Program-made: the position numbers and the translations under genes
Notes under the pieces: generated by a model
Seen by the model: the letters and a program-made list of their open reading frames with translations, nothing else
Told to the model about the DNA's origin: nothing
Database searches by the model: none
Part shown: positions 38,101 to 50,054 of the stretch, one piece after another
Position numbering within the stretch: the stretch's first letter is position 1
How the letters are laid out: every line of letters begins with the position of its first letter
Source: Acanthaster planci
Lineage: Eukaryota
NCBI RefSeq assembly: GCF_001949145.1
Contig: NW_019091355.1
Span: 1,492,546-1,556,545, forward strand
Direction of reading: 5' to 3'
DNA: 64,000 nt

Positions 38101-41100
38101 ATAGTCGAGTTCAACTGGGTCGGCATCATGCTCAGAAACCTGACGCTGGTTACTAGCGATGACGACCGCCAGGCATTACTCAACGCTCTCCCACCCAGCG
38201 CCGCTGGAAGTACAGCCATTGGTGACGGCCTTCTGAAATCCATCGAGGTAAGAATGACTTCGGTGGCCTCCATGCGTGAGCAAAATCATTAAAAACGAGG
38301 ACGTAATTTGATCCAGGGACTAGAAGAATCGAAAATCTCGAAACATCGTCAATGAACTTCTCATTTTGAATTGTGGTATCTTTCAGGTTCTGTCCTCCGG
38401 AGGCCAAAACCCAGCCGGTGGCATCATCTTACTCATATCAGACGGTGAGGAAAGGGAGGCGCCCTACATTGCTGACGTCATCGACACCGTCACCAGTTCA
38501 GGGGTCATTGTGGATACGCTGGCTTTCACACAGAATGCCGATTCTAAGCTGTTTGAACTGTCAGACGCAACAGGTAATGTAATAACGTGCTATCGTGTGC
38601 TTAAAACCTTTTTTTTCTGGAAAATAAGATTACATGATACCAATGAATACTGGGAATTTTGCAAGTATTATAGTAGTAGGAACCAGACCGTTTATAGAGG
38701 GATCTCAATACGACGCTTTTAGCGTCGATCTGCGCACTTTGGCGTTGCTAAACGAGGCTGTATGTGTCAGCTTCAATTCTTAATACGATCAGACGATTGA
38801 AAGTAAGGAGTTAAGACACAAAATACATACAGGTATGTTAAATTCAGACTTTTCAGGCTGCAAAGTTTTGTTGAAGAGTCTTTCATAATGACTGAACACG
38901 TGAAATCAAAAGAAAAAACAATGTCAATTTACCGCCAACTAACGTACCTGCGATGGCCGTGTATCTTGTGCAGTGGGCGTGGTTTAAACTGAAGTGGTAT
39001 CACACTTACGAAACGGGTACTGCATGTACTGTGTGGATTCCGCAGGCGCGCGCGACGAACTTCAGCACAGAGAGCCTCGGTTTCGATGCGGATATGCGCA
39101 GACGACGCTAATGTGAAATCCATCTATTCAGCCCAAGCAACTTGACTTGAAACCTGGCACAGTAAGTGGAATAACAATAACGAAAAAAAAATTCACGTGA
39201 GCACGTAATCGAAAGTACTGTGTACTGTAATTGTGATTAAAGTAATGACAAGATGTAAAAAAGAGCTGTCCATGAAGAACTTCGTACACTACAGTCCAAA
39301 ATTTCTGGACCCTGCCCCCTGTCTCTGCACTGATCAGCTGATTCGGTTACCAATGAGCCCGTGACTTAATTTCACTGAGGTCCAGAATTCTACTACTTTA
39401 ATTTAATACATTCACCGTTTCTATTTCGAAGTACTTTATGTTGTAAAGTCACAAACTTGATCATTCTTTCAGGAGGTAAATCTTTCTTTTATTCGAACGA
39501 GCCTGGCTCCAACACTCTATATGAGGCGTTTGCTTCCACTATGGAGCGCGGTGACGTCAGAGATGCTGAAAAACGCATACAGGTGAAAAGATATGCAGAT
39601 TCCTTTTAAAGTATAATGAGTTATGACACGAGCATGAGTGACACAGAATATTCTGCGTCTGTGTTCCGTATACCACGAGGCCGAAGATTCAAGTTAACCT
39701 GGAGATCATATTTTACACTATGCAATGCTTTCCCATCAGATTTTCAAGTTGTTTAGCGCATATGACTTTTTAAACTGCCCCTTTTTGTATGTATTTATAA
39801 GCTCTTTGGTACATCTTGGACGCTTGGCGGTGGAGAAACGCAAGAGGGCGGTATCTTCATGGACAACACGCTAGGGCGCAAGACTGAGTTTGCCTTCTCG
39901 TGGACAACCAAAGACAAATTGGGTAGGTCAAACTGGCTGCGCGTTCATTTCCCCATCAATTCATAGCCCAGCCTCACTGTTGCTAGTCCCAGGATCAATC
40001 CATCCCAATGTCATCAACACCAATCATTCGAAAATGATGCCATGCATGCATACTTTCAGGCTTGTTTTGAGATTAACTTTCGGTGACGAGGTGTGTAATT
40101 TGTGTCACTTCTTTGCCACTAACAGCCATTGAGGTCACTTTAACGGACCCAAACGGGACCCTCATTGACTCGACGTACGATGGTTACGGCGTGGATATCA
40201 CATTTCGGTTGCTCACAGTCAAGATACCTGGGACTGCGCAGGTATTACAACTGTAGATTTTCATGCAATTAAAGACGTTTCATCTTCACTGACAGGATAT
40301 TGACTTTAGAACAAATTGTGGAATAAATGCTGCGTGTACGGTACATTGGCGTATGTCCTTTTCGTCAATGAAGTTTTTCACTGCAGTTAAAAATGCATAC
40401 AAATGTCGTATTTATGGTGGAAAAAAGGTTAGTGGAGGCCAAATACGAGTGTTTCGGGGTAAACTATCTGCAAGCGTATTTTATTCTAAGGCCCTTACCT
40501 TCCATTTTGGATTGAGTTAGAAGTTATAGCTTGCCATCGCAACTACCCAAGTTTCTCTTGTCATCTCATGTCAATACCCTCCCAGGCTGGGGCATGGGAA
40601 TTTGCCGTACAGAACCTGGACGACTCCAACTCCGAGGAAGTCTCCATAACAATCTCCTCCTACCCGGCTAGTAATGACGTGGAGCCCATCGTCGTGACGT
40701 CGGACCTGAGCGGCTCCATCACGGCCTTCGAGAGGGGTGAACCGCTGGTGGCCTTCGCCGAGATCCGCCAGGGATTCAGCCCCATCATATACGCCAACGT
40801 CTACGCTACAATCGAGAGACCGGGCGGTTACGACCCTGTGCGACTGCAGCTACTAGATAACGGAGCAGGTCTGTCACTTCATGAATCCCTTCAGGAAAAC
40901 GAATGAACATAATGTCCAGCAATGGTTGTGCTTGTGGGAGAACAATACTAACCGGAAACTGGCAAGTTTGTGTTAAAAAAAAAACTCTTTTCTATTTCAC
41001 TGGTTTGTGGCTAGGAAAAGATAAATCAAGAAAGTGTTCCATGGTGTTGAATCCTTTTATAACGTCGGAATACATGTAGCTTACAAATTGCCAATGTGTA

Positions 41101-43087
41101 CCTTACATCAGGAGGTTCTGCTACAAAATCGAAACATTCGTTCATGACATTATGTGACTGTTGGAATTTGGGTCTTCTTTCCACTCTTGTCACTTGCTTA
41201 CAATGTCCTGAATGTTCAGATGTCGAGATATTTGCTTGGAATAAGTTGAATTTTTCATTTCCTAATTCATTCATAACTGTACCTTTATGATACTGCTTGT
41301 AAATTTGCATTCACGATCTCATATAGAAATTGACGATGGTGGCGTCCTTCACTCACTTCATTGATTAACATTACAGGCGTGGATGTGACCAAGTACGACG
41401 GGGTGTACTCGCGAACATTCACCGAGTTCACCGGCATCGGTTTCTACGGGATTAAGATCAACGTGGACAACAACGGCGGAAAGGCCGTGGTCGTCGACTC
41501 CGTTCCCTTCTCCAGGGCTCGACCTATCATCAGCCCGGACAAAGTCTTCGATCTACCCGCCATAGGTGAGAAATTGTCCATTGGAGAGTTGTGAACATTC
41601 CAGACTCGTAAGTGTTTAATAAATAATGCTCGCTATATGCAGACTCACTGTACACGTAGGCAGGGGTACGCAGTAGATCGGTTCGAGCGCCTGGCGCAAA
41701 GTTTTCGAGAAATTAGTGTCCTAAGCTCACGAGCGTTTGTTGTGGTTGATGTAACATACAGGTGGTTTCGAGATTCCGCTGCCCGGTACTCCTCCCGAGG
41801 AGCCCAAGGGCCGACCTGCTCCCTTCTTCAGCCGGGGCATCTCCGGTGGCTCCAGCCGCGTCGACAGCGTTCCACCTGGCTTCATCCCCGGGAGTGATAA
41901 TTTTCCGCCGGGCACAGTCATTGACCTGCGGGTCAGCGACGCCTCGTTCGAGAATGGGACCGTGACGTTGGCCTGGACCGCGCCCGGTGATGATTTGGAC
42001 AACGGGGCAGGTTTGTTAAGAACCCCTAAATGGCCCTTTCCCATATGGTCATAACTTCGACCAAAGTCGTTTTACATAATTCTGAACATAATTTTGAGAA
42101 ATCAAAAGTACAATTACGTTGAGCAATTATAATCAATGAAATGTGATTTGAAGATGCTTACTTAAAAATTTGAAGCTTTGCATGGTGGAAGAGACATGAG
42201 GAATAGGTTTGCGGGTACACCATGGAATCAATCTCTTTGGGTGAGGTGTGGTTCTTAGAAGAACCGGTGAGTGTTAACTCGACGTTTCGGCCAGAGTGAC
42301 GTCACCCAAAAGAGATTTATTCCATGTTGTACCCGTAAACCTATTTCTCAAGATGCTTTACACTGCTTACTATCCATCGATGAAATGAATAAAATGCACA
42401 AGATGGCCAGTGTGAATGTAAGGCCTTTTCATAAACATTTAGAACAGATTATTTAGGTCGCTTCTATTTTCCTTTCAAGCTTAGCATATTAAATTTTCCC
42501 TTTACGTCGGAGTGCATGTTGGTTGCTACTGTAAGCCTAATTAAAGTTAATTGTGGTTATCCACAGCTTCCCATTACGAGATTATTCGGGCGACTTCTAT
42601 CCTGGCGTGGCAGAACGACTCCCGGCCCGAGGCTCACTACATCATCCCCGCTGAGGAAATCACTGAAGGGAACATCAGTGAACCGCAGGATTACGGCCGG
42701 CGTGAGGTGTTTGTGATCGAGGTCCCCATCCCCGAGAACGCCACGGTAGCCTCCTACGCGTTCGTGTTCCGTGCCTTCGACGATGCCGGTCTGGTGTCCG
42801 GCTTCTCCAACGCCGTGCAGGCCACGCTGAGGGAGTACGTGCCTCCCCCAGGTCCCTCAAAGGAAACGCCTCCCGGGAACAAGGAGGGTCTAACCGGAGG
42901 TCAGATCGCGATGATCGTTTGCCTGTCCGTTGGAGGCGCTCTAATTATTACTGTGTTCACGATTGTGGTTGTCAAGTGCTCGACTAAGGGAAAGAAACAA
43001 GTACTGAGCGACAAGAAAATCGAAGCAAGTAAATCTGCCAAAAATGTGGATGGAAATGATAATGACGCGTATGAAATTGGTCCTTAA
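35108..43087 (+). CDS. CLCA: CLCA-like copy C, complete, 15 exons, ~1008 aa, C-terminal TM helix
   Basis: Exons: 35108-35281, 35609-35900, 36137-36269, 36810-36984, 37387-37519, 37821-37936, 38020-38247, 38387-38573, 39473-39582, 39802-39922, 40126-40241, 40586-40868, 41377-41565, 41762-42010, 42567-43087 (sum 3027 nt). Same intron phases as B. Motifs: HEWGHFRWGLFDEY, DTSGS, ISDGEE, WTAPGDDLDNG, TM IAMIVCLSVGGALIITVFTIVVV. Confidence 0.93.
38694..39127. mobile_element. Inverted-repeat element containing a MITE family 1 fragment (38965-39020), in CLCA-C intron 8
   Basis: Imperfect TIRs ATAGAGGGATCTCA...TTAGCGTCGATCTGCGCA / TGCGCAGACGACGCTAATGTGAAATCCATCTAT. The internal TGTGCAGTGGGCGTGGTTTAAACTGAAGTGGTATCACACTTACGAA matches family 1. 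Confidence 0.5.
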
Positions 43088-44902
43088 CAACAATTTAGAT
43101 TAAATATCAAGAACCAAGACAAGCAAATAAGTTAATGTATTGATACATTTTCAACTTCCCTCTTTTACTTGTGGTTGTAAGAAACAATATTTTTTTCCAC
43201 CGTTCGGGTACGGGTTTGAACAATCTTTTCAAAGTTGACAAATGAACTAAACTCAAACAGTGATTAAGTAGTTGAATACAGATCTGTAGTTAATGAACTA
43301 GAGACTGACCATGGCGTCACCTTCAATCATGATGCATAGCACTGATGTCATTTTCAATTGTAATCCATATTTTTCCATAATTCTTTGAAGTTTCATTTCT
43401 GTTCCACCATGTGCATTCTTGAAAAGTTTTTTGATCACCATACATCGTCACTGAACTAATGCTATCAATAAAATGTAGGCCTACCAGTCTGCGCTTTATT
43501 GATCCCTACAGGCCTGCTGTCACAATAGGCAATAAAGACATTTACAAACTAGTCAATTTAATGAGTGGAACGGGTAGCCTTCCACGTAGGACAACGCTGC
43601 AAAGGGATGAGGTACCACACGTTGCTAGAGGGAACCACTTTATATCAGCGGAAACAGGGAATAGCGGCATAGAAATGGAATGTAATCAAGACAAATCAGT
43701 GTTTACAAATTTCTCTGAAAGTACTACTATTTTCTCATTCTTATATTTTGTTAGACATTTTCTGTGTTTCTAAGACGCAGCTCGCTACATGTTGAGTTTG
43801 CCTTTCAGATAGACAGCCTTGATGTGTGATTTTTCCTTCAAAAGCATACCTCTGTCATTTATTCTGACAGAGTGTCTTTTCACATTCCGTAAACCGAGCA
43901 CAAAATAAGGCCCGCAAACATGCTTTAAAAAATTCTGCCCCGATAAAATAATAGCACGGGGGAGAAGGTTGGTCATGCTCGAATTATCTTAAACCGGATT
44001 TCACCCACGCTCTGATAATAAGAGAGAAATTAATTGGTAACACTCCACCTACAAACAAACACCCGCCCACACCCCCCACATACGCATACCCTCTCTGCTT
44101 GTCAAATAAATCACACTTTTTACATCGTATCTGCATTTCAGCTATGCCAAAGTTCCAGCAATAAACACGAAATACATGGACACCTGTATGTAAGTGCGCC
44201 TGTCTTTCTTCCAAGGTCTCTTTCCTTGACAGCAATGCACTTTTCGCATAATCTCCTGGGCTGAGCACGCGGCTTCACGCCTACTGAAATCGACCAAATT
44301 GCGAGGTCATATTTTTAGATTCTGTATTTTTTACAGGTGTAAATCACGTTTGAAGTTCTAAAAATTAAGGAGTCACCTGTACCATCAAAAGGGAATCAAG
44401 TATTGTATTGTCTTTGTAAAACACAGCTTTTTTAGGAGCTGTTGTATCAATTGTGTTTTTGTTTTTTATTCATTTGTTCCTACGCGGTTGTTTTGGTGTA
44501 TGAGTGTGTGTTGGGGGAAGTTCGAGGTAGTACCAACTGTACCCACACATTAATTTGGTAAAAAAGCCTGAGTGTTTTAAAATTACATAACTGTTGTTTA
44601 TCACATATTTATGAGGTGTAGCCTTCGTTCAAATCTGGGTCTGGGTCTACCTTTCTGCGTTGTAGCTTTTGTAAACAGCAACAGCGCAATGAAACCATGG
44701 GATTCAACTACTCCACTCCACATTAGCCAAGAATAGGTCTTGTAACGAGCAATATAATGCCCACAGTGACCCAAATTCAACTAGTGATAAGAGCTATATC
44801 AACAGGCACAAACGCACGTTCATCGGTGCATTGCCAAGCTGCAAAGTTAGGGCCAACAGCCCCTTGAGTTTGTCACCGCCATAATGCTTCGACAACGAAG
44901 CT

Positions 44903-44912
44903 GCTATAAGGG
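44903..44912 (+). promoter_or_regulatory. Candidate TATA box of the orphan membrane-protein gene
   Basis: GCTATAAGGG about 275 nt upstream of the ATG at 45181; motif match only. Confidence 0.3.
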
Positions 44913-45180
44913 CAGGGCCCCACACAAAGGTACAAAGTTCTGGTTCAAAGATTCAATATCGCATAATTCCAAGTCTTCAAACATGCTGGTACCATATGGG
45001 ACCGACGCCGTGCAGTACCGATTCCTCTGATCTGCTCAGCTCAACTTGAAACAAGTTTTACTAATCCCCAGCAAAGAACTACTTTAATAGAAAGAAAAAC
45101 CAATCCACCAGGCGCCCAATTAACTTGACAACAGAGCAAAGGTGCAACGCTGTAGGAGCGCAGTGTCAAGAGGACATAAA

Positions 45181-46519
45181 ATGGGCGGCATAAATCTGTC
45201 CAAACTGTTGCTGGCTTTGGTTGGCTGTCTGTGTGCGTCGTTGGCCGTCTCAGCAAGTGTTATAGGTATGTCTGTGCTACTCTCAAAGCATTATTAAATC
45301 ATCCAATCAAGTTGCTTTTAAATATGGTTGCTGATGTTTTTCTGCTGTTGTTGTTAGATAAGAAACTAAAAGACGGCACATTAACTGAGTTTTGACATCT
45401 TTTTTGTAGATAGTCTGTACTGAGTGTTAGCATATACTTTTGCACTATGATTAGGCCAACTTAATAATAAAATAGTCTTTTTTATTAAATGGCATGTTGT
45501 GGCTGATTAAGTGATGTTTTTTGACCTGCCACCCAGGCGTAATATGAACCCGAGACCACAGAACGTTGAACCATCTGAGCTGCCATGCTTTAGAGGTTTT
45601 AGGAGACATTTTTAGACGTCTGCCATGCGGCATAGGTGTTAAGGTTTAACTTTAATTAATTGTGCTGCAAGGTTTAACTTTAATTAATTGTGCTGCAAAC
45701 TTGAAAATGGCCATGCACCCTCCGTGCACCTCATCTTCTTAAGGAAAACAGCAGGTCAACAATCTCTCCACAATCTCTTCATATCAAAATCAACAACCAT
45801 GACAGTGACAACCCAGAGGAATTCCAATATGGGCTCAGATAAATAGCTCATCCTAGTACAGCGTTACAGAGGGGGGTTATATCGCGGTCTTGCAGATTGT
45901 TCGTTTTATGTGTCTTTCTGCTCAAGGCCCGTAAGAAAACTTAAACATGTTGTAAATAATGCCTCTTTCAGAACAACATGGCAGCCGATACTCTCCTCCC
46001 CTGGCTCGTTTACTTCCGCGTGACGCTGACCCAAAGCAGAAGATAGAGGGGACGACAAACCTGCCCGATGCCACCCCAGGGGACACCCCGCCTCCCTACA
46101 TTGTCAACAGCCTCACGGAGGCCATCGCCCTAGCTGTCATTAGCGGTATCTGCGGGCCGTCCCTCTTCGCCCTAATCGGCTGTGGGATCCGCCAGATCCG
46201 ACTAACGTGGGACGACCCCTTCGCGGGCGGCGAGCGGCCCGTGGACGAAGCGGCCGAGCGTCGCAAGCGCAAGAAGCAGCAGCAGCAGGAAGAGCAGCTG
46301 GCCGACGACGACGACGTGGAAATCGTCAACAATAACATCCGGCCGGCTAAGGCCGTGGTCAACAACGCCGATCCCCTGCTGCTGGATCGGGTGACCACGC
46401 TGGATCTGGACAAGATCCGGGCCAAGCCGCTACCCGCCTCTAAGTTCAGCAACACCGAGAAAAACCTGGCCGGCAAGGTCAACAAAGGCTACAGCAAAAC
46501 GGCAGAGGATATCCTGTGA
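45181..46519 (+). CDS. Uncharacterised single-pass type I membrane protein, 2 coding exons, ~210 aa
   Basis: Exon 1 45181-45265 encodes a signal peptide (MGGINLSKLLLALVGCLCASLAVSASVI) and ends in a phase-1 donor G|GTATGT. Exon 2 45972-46519 follows CTCTTTCAG and continues in frame (EQHGSRY...). Exon 2 is GC3-rich, with a hydrophobic segment AIALAVISGICGPSLFALIGCGI followed by RQIR and a charged tail. Confidence 0.8.
45641..45696. repeat. 28-bp perfect tandem duplication
   Basis: AAGGTTTAACTTTAATTAATTGTGCTGC x2, in the orphan gene intron. Confidence 0.9.
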
Positions 46520-49500
46520 AACCCTGGCAAATCAACAGATTACGTTTTGGTGCCTGAGAACTGAGAATTCATGTAACTGTGACTTGATGGATTATAATGG
46601 TTTTACAATGTACACATTTCATGGACTATGGGGCCCGTCTAACTGGAATAAAAGGGGGCTGCATGCAGTACCAGACTTCAGCCTCGGAATGGATTCTTAC
46701 GTATGAACTTAACTTAATTACGACACCAGAGAATTCTACCAATACAGCCTCGCTTTGGCTCCAACATGATGACGATCCCGTTCAAAAAACCAATAGTTCA
46801 AAGAGTGTTCAGCAACCAGTTGGCGACCGAGGACAAACACAAAAGAAGACGATAACTGATCCTAACTAACCATGAAATGACATGTACTCCCTATTTCAGA
46901 CAGCTAACAAATCAAAGTTTGGGACTGGTGTACATCGTAGTTGGACTGCATGATTAAACAAATCTGATGTAACCAGAGCGACTTGCACATGTGAATTTCT
47001 AAGGACGTTGCTAACCAATTTTAACTGAATGAGACTGGATTAATTAACTTTTTTACGATTCTTGTTATTTTTGTAATGATTTAATTATGGTGAGATCACA
47101 CGCTACACAAACTGCGGGGTAAAATTTACCATGCATCGAGTCTAGATACGACAGTCCTGTATATTCTAGTCAAATAGGACGCATTAATACAGCGATTCGG
47201 TTTGGAGAAAACGTATTTCCGAGAACTTTTCGCTTCGGTTCTCTTTCCTTTAATACTTGAGTTAAATTTAAACCCAATCTAAAAGAGCTGTCCTCAGCTT
47301 GCATGATGTCAAAGTTCTAAAAAGGTCCTAGTTGCTCAAACAGTTCCTTTCCTGCAAGAAACTTTTGGCCGATTCAAATTCCTAGGTTTGTAGCAGTATT
47401 ATAGGCAGCAAGAACGATTTGTCGGGTGTTGTTATTCGTTTTATATAAGAAGAATTACTTTGTTTTTCTGTTTCAAAATGGCTGCGTGTGGATACTTAAT
47501 GTAAATACTTGCATCAAGCTGGTTGTCAAATGATCGTCTAAGCTTCATTATGTCTTTGTAAATGAGTAAACAAAATTAATCCACACTTTATGAACACCTG
47601 TTGGCTTTTTCTTCTCTCCTCAGTAATGCTGTGATTACTAAAGGTTTAAAGAGGATTTTGACAATGGTTTTAAAAACAAAGTGAAATGTTGCTGACCGGG
47701 GCGATACACTATTTTTAAATTGCAGGTTTTTCGTTTGCAGGTTTGCACCAACCCATCAGCTTATTTTTGTGTAAGCAGTGCATATTTGGGTCAAAGGCGG
47801 GTTGTAAAAGGTCACACAAACATGGTTTCGGTTAAACCAAGGCTTACAACGAAGCCAGGAATGACGACATTTGTTACTCAAAAAAGAAAACAAATGTCCC
47901 CTGGGATCATACTGGCAATTTGGAAGTACTTTCTTTTAAAGAAACAAGAGACCTTATTCGCAAGTCTGTCATATTGAATTGAAAGCGAGGTTTACCTTTT
48001 CATTGTGGATATTTAACAACAAAAATGAAAGCAATGAAATAGAGTTTCATTACAGATTAATTTTATTTACAATGATAAATAATATAAAATGTGTAATTCA
48101 TTTTATGTGAATGTTTTAAGCAACGTTTCAAAAAACGTACGGGAGGCGTGGAACCTAAAATAGTCTGGTACAACCCAGATTTTGGCAGACAACACTGAAT
48201 GAGATAGATTCACGGAACATGACTTCCTTGTGACCAAGGCTTGTTGTCCACACACAACGGTATTATAGTATTGTGTAGTATTCAAGTACTGAGAACTTGA
48301 GAGACACCATTTTCTCTTTTCAGAATAAGAATCAAGACTGATTCATCCTGACATCTGCTGTGGGGCACATGTGAAATATTTGTCTCTCCCCAGCTTTTTA
48401 CTGGAGTACCTCATACGTGGGTGGTGAACAAAGTAGTTTTCTTCAAAGCGTCTGTCTGATTGTTTTTAACAGTAAAACTATTTCCACCCCACCCCCACCC
48501 CTAAAAGGCGGTATAGTACCGTTTCTAAATCGTGGCGCTTTCAAATCTCAACTTAATGCCTTTTCTTCAACTTGCAGAAAGCAAAAAATGGCTACTTGCC
48601 CCCTACCGCTGCATACGCCACTGCAGCTACTCATTATTTATAAATGAAAAAGAGGCCTGCCTGATGGAAAGGTCCATGTTCGTTTTGCTAATGTCACTTT
48701 CTCTCTGACAGGGTACTATTAGGTCTTGATTTAGAATCTTGTAGTTACCCGTATGGGTTACTCCCTCAGAAGTCAGACAATCCCACGTTGCTTTTTTAAA
48801 CATCAGTCGCTTTATGAGTTTATCAAATGGTGCATACAAAGAGAAAACCTAAAGATAGGAATTGAGGTCAGAGGCTATGAAGATGGAAGCTACAAAGGTT
48901 TCCTTGGAAATGAAGGCGAAACAAGTTTGTATACGAGTTTCAAAAACTCCACAGTTCCTCAAAGCGTCAGTTGTTAATTAATTGTTCTCTCACTTACCAA
49001 GAGCCCGAATTTTGAATGAATCCCATAAAAGCCGCGCCGACTAAATCAGGATTAAAATGTCCCTAAACCCCTGCTATTAATGGGTTACATGCCAGCAGGC
49101 TTTGTAAACCTGTTTAAATCTATCAACAAACAAGACTGAGGGCTTGAATATCCCCCAAACCTTGGTGACAAAATGGCCCATATTAAAGTGCTCTAGTTGG
49201 CAATCAAGTCAAGACTGCTTTTAGTTTTAGGTGTGACACTCTGCAGAGGAAAAGTCTCTCCGATGTCACTTAATCTCCCATATACCGTCTCACCCATGGC
49301 CAACGCATTAGATGTATCCCCATTGTTCAGGACTGTCAACTTGAACTTTGAATGTTTTCTGAATCGATATGAAAACGGAATTTTTTTCCTTCCTCGGGGC
49401 TTGGGGATGCTTGCATTGGCTTCTGAAGTGTCACTGTGCAGGAATGGCCAATAGGTTATTTGCTAATTACACCTATGATCGACAGGTGTAACGTAAACTG

Positions 49501-50054
49501 GACGTACTTTGAACCCGTCAAGTAGTACGATGCTGAAACTTGAAACCACATGCAAGACACGTTTGTGCGCTACAAGTAATGAAGACTGACGATTGCATAT
49601 GACCTTTTCAAATATGGCGTATGCCCAAGAACTTCTCTACCCTGTTATTGTTGACCATTCACCATGCGTCACCATTGTCATTCTTCTGTTTTTAACTCGA
49701 TTAAAAATTGTTACGTCTGCCACTTCAGTCCGGTTACGAGTCATGACATTACGCCCACTGCATGGAGCTGGCGACCTGATACCAAGACAGCTTGTAAATC
49801 AGTCCCCAGTCACGATTTCGTAAAAAGAGGGTGTGTCGCTGATGACACCATCTTGAAAATAGTGACTGTAACATTCCATGTGCCAGTGGCTCGATCATTT
49901 GAAGGATTCGTTTCTGCGTGCTGGTGCATTTTCAAGTGCTCGATCTATTTCGATTTCGATGTTGTATCATCATGAAACGACTATTCGGCTGCACGCAGTC
50001 TGTAAATGTGTGTTGAAAACGGACAGCTGTGCAACTAGTCCAGCATAGACTACG

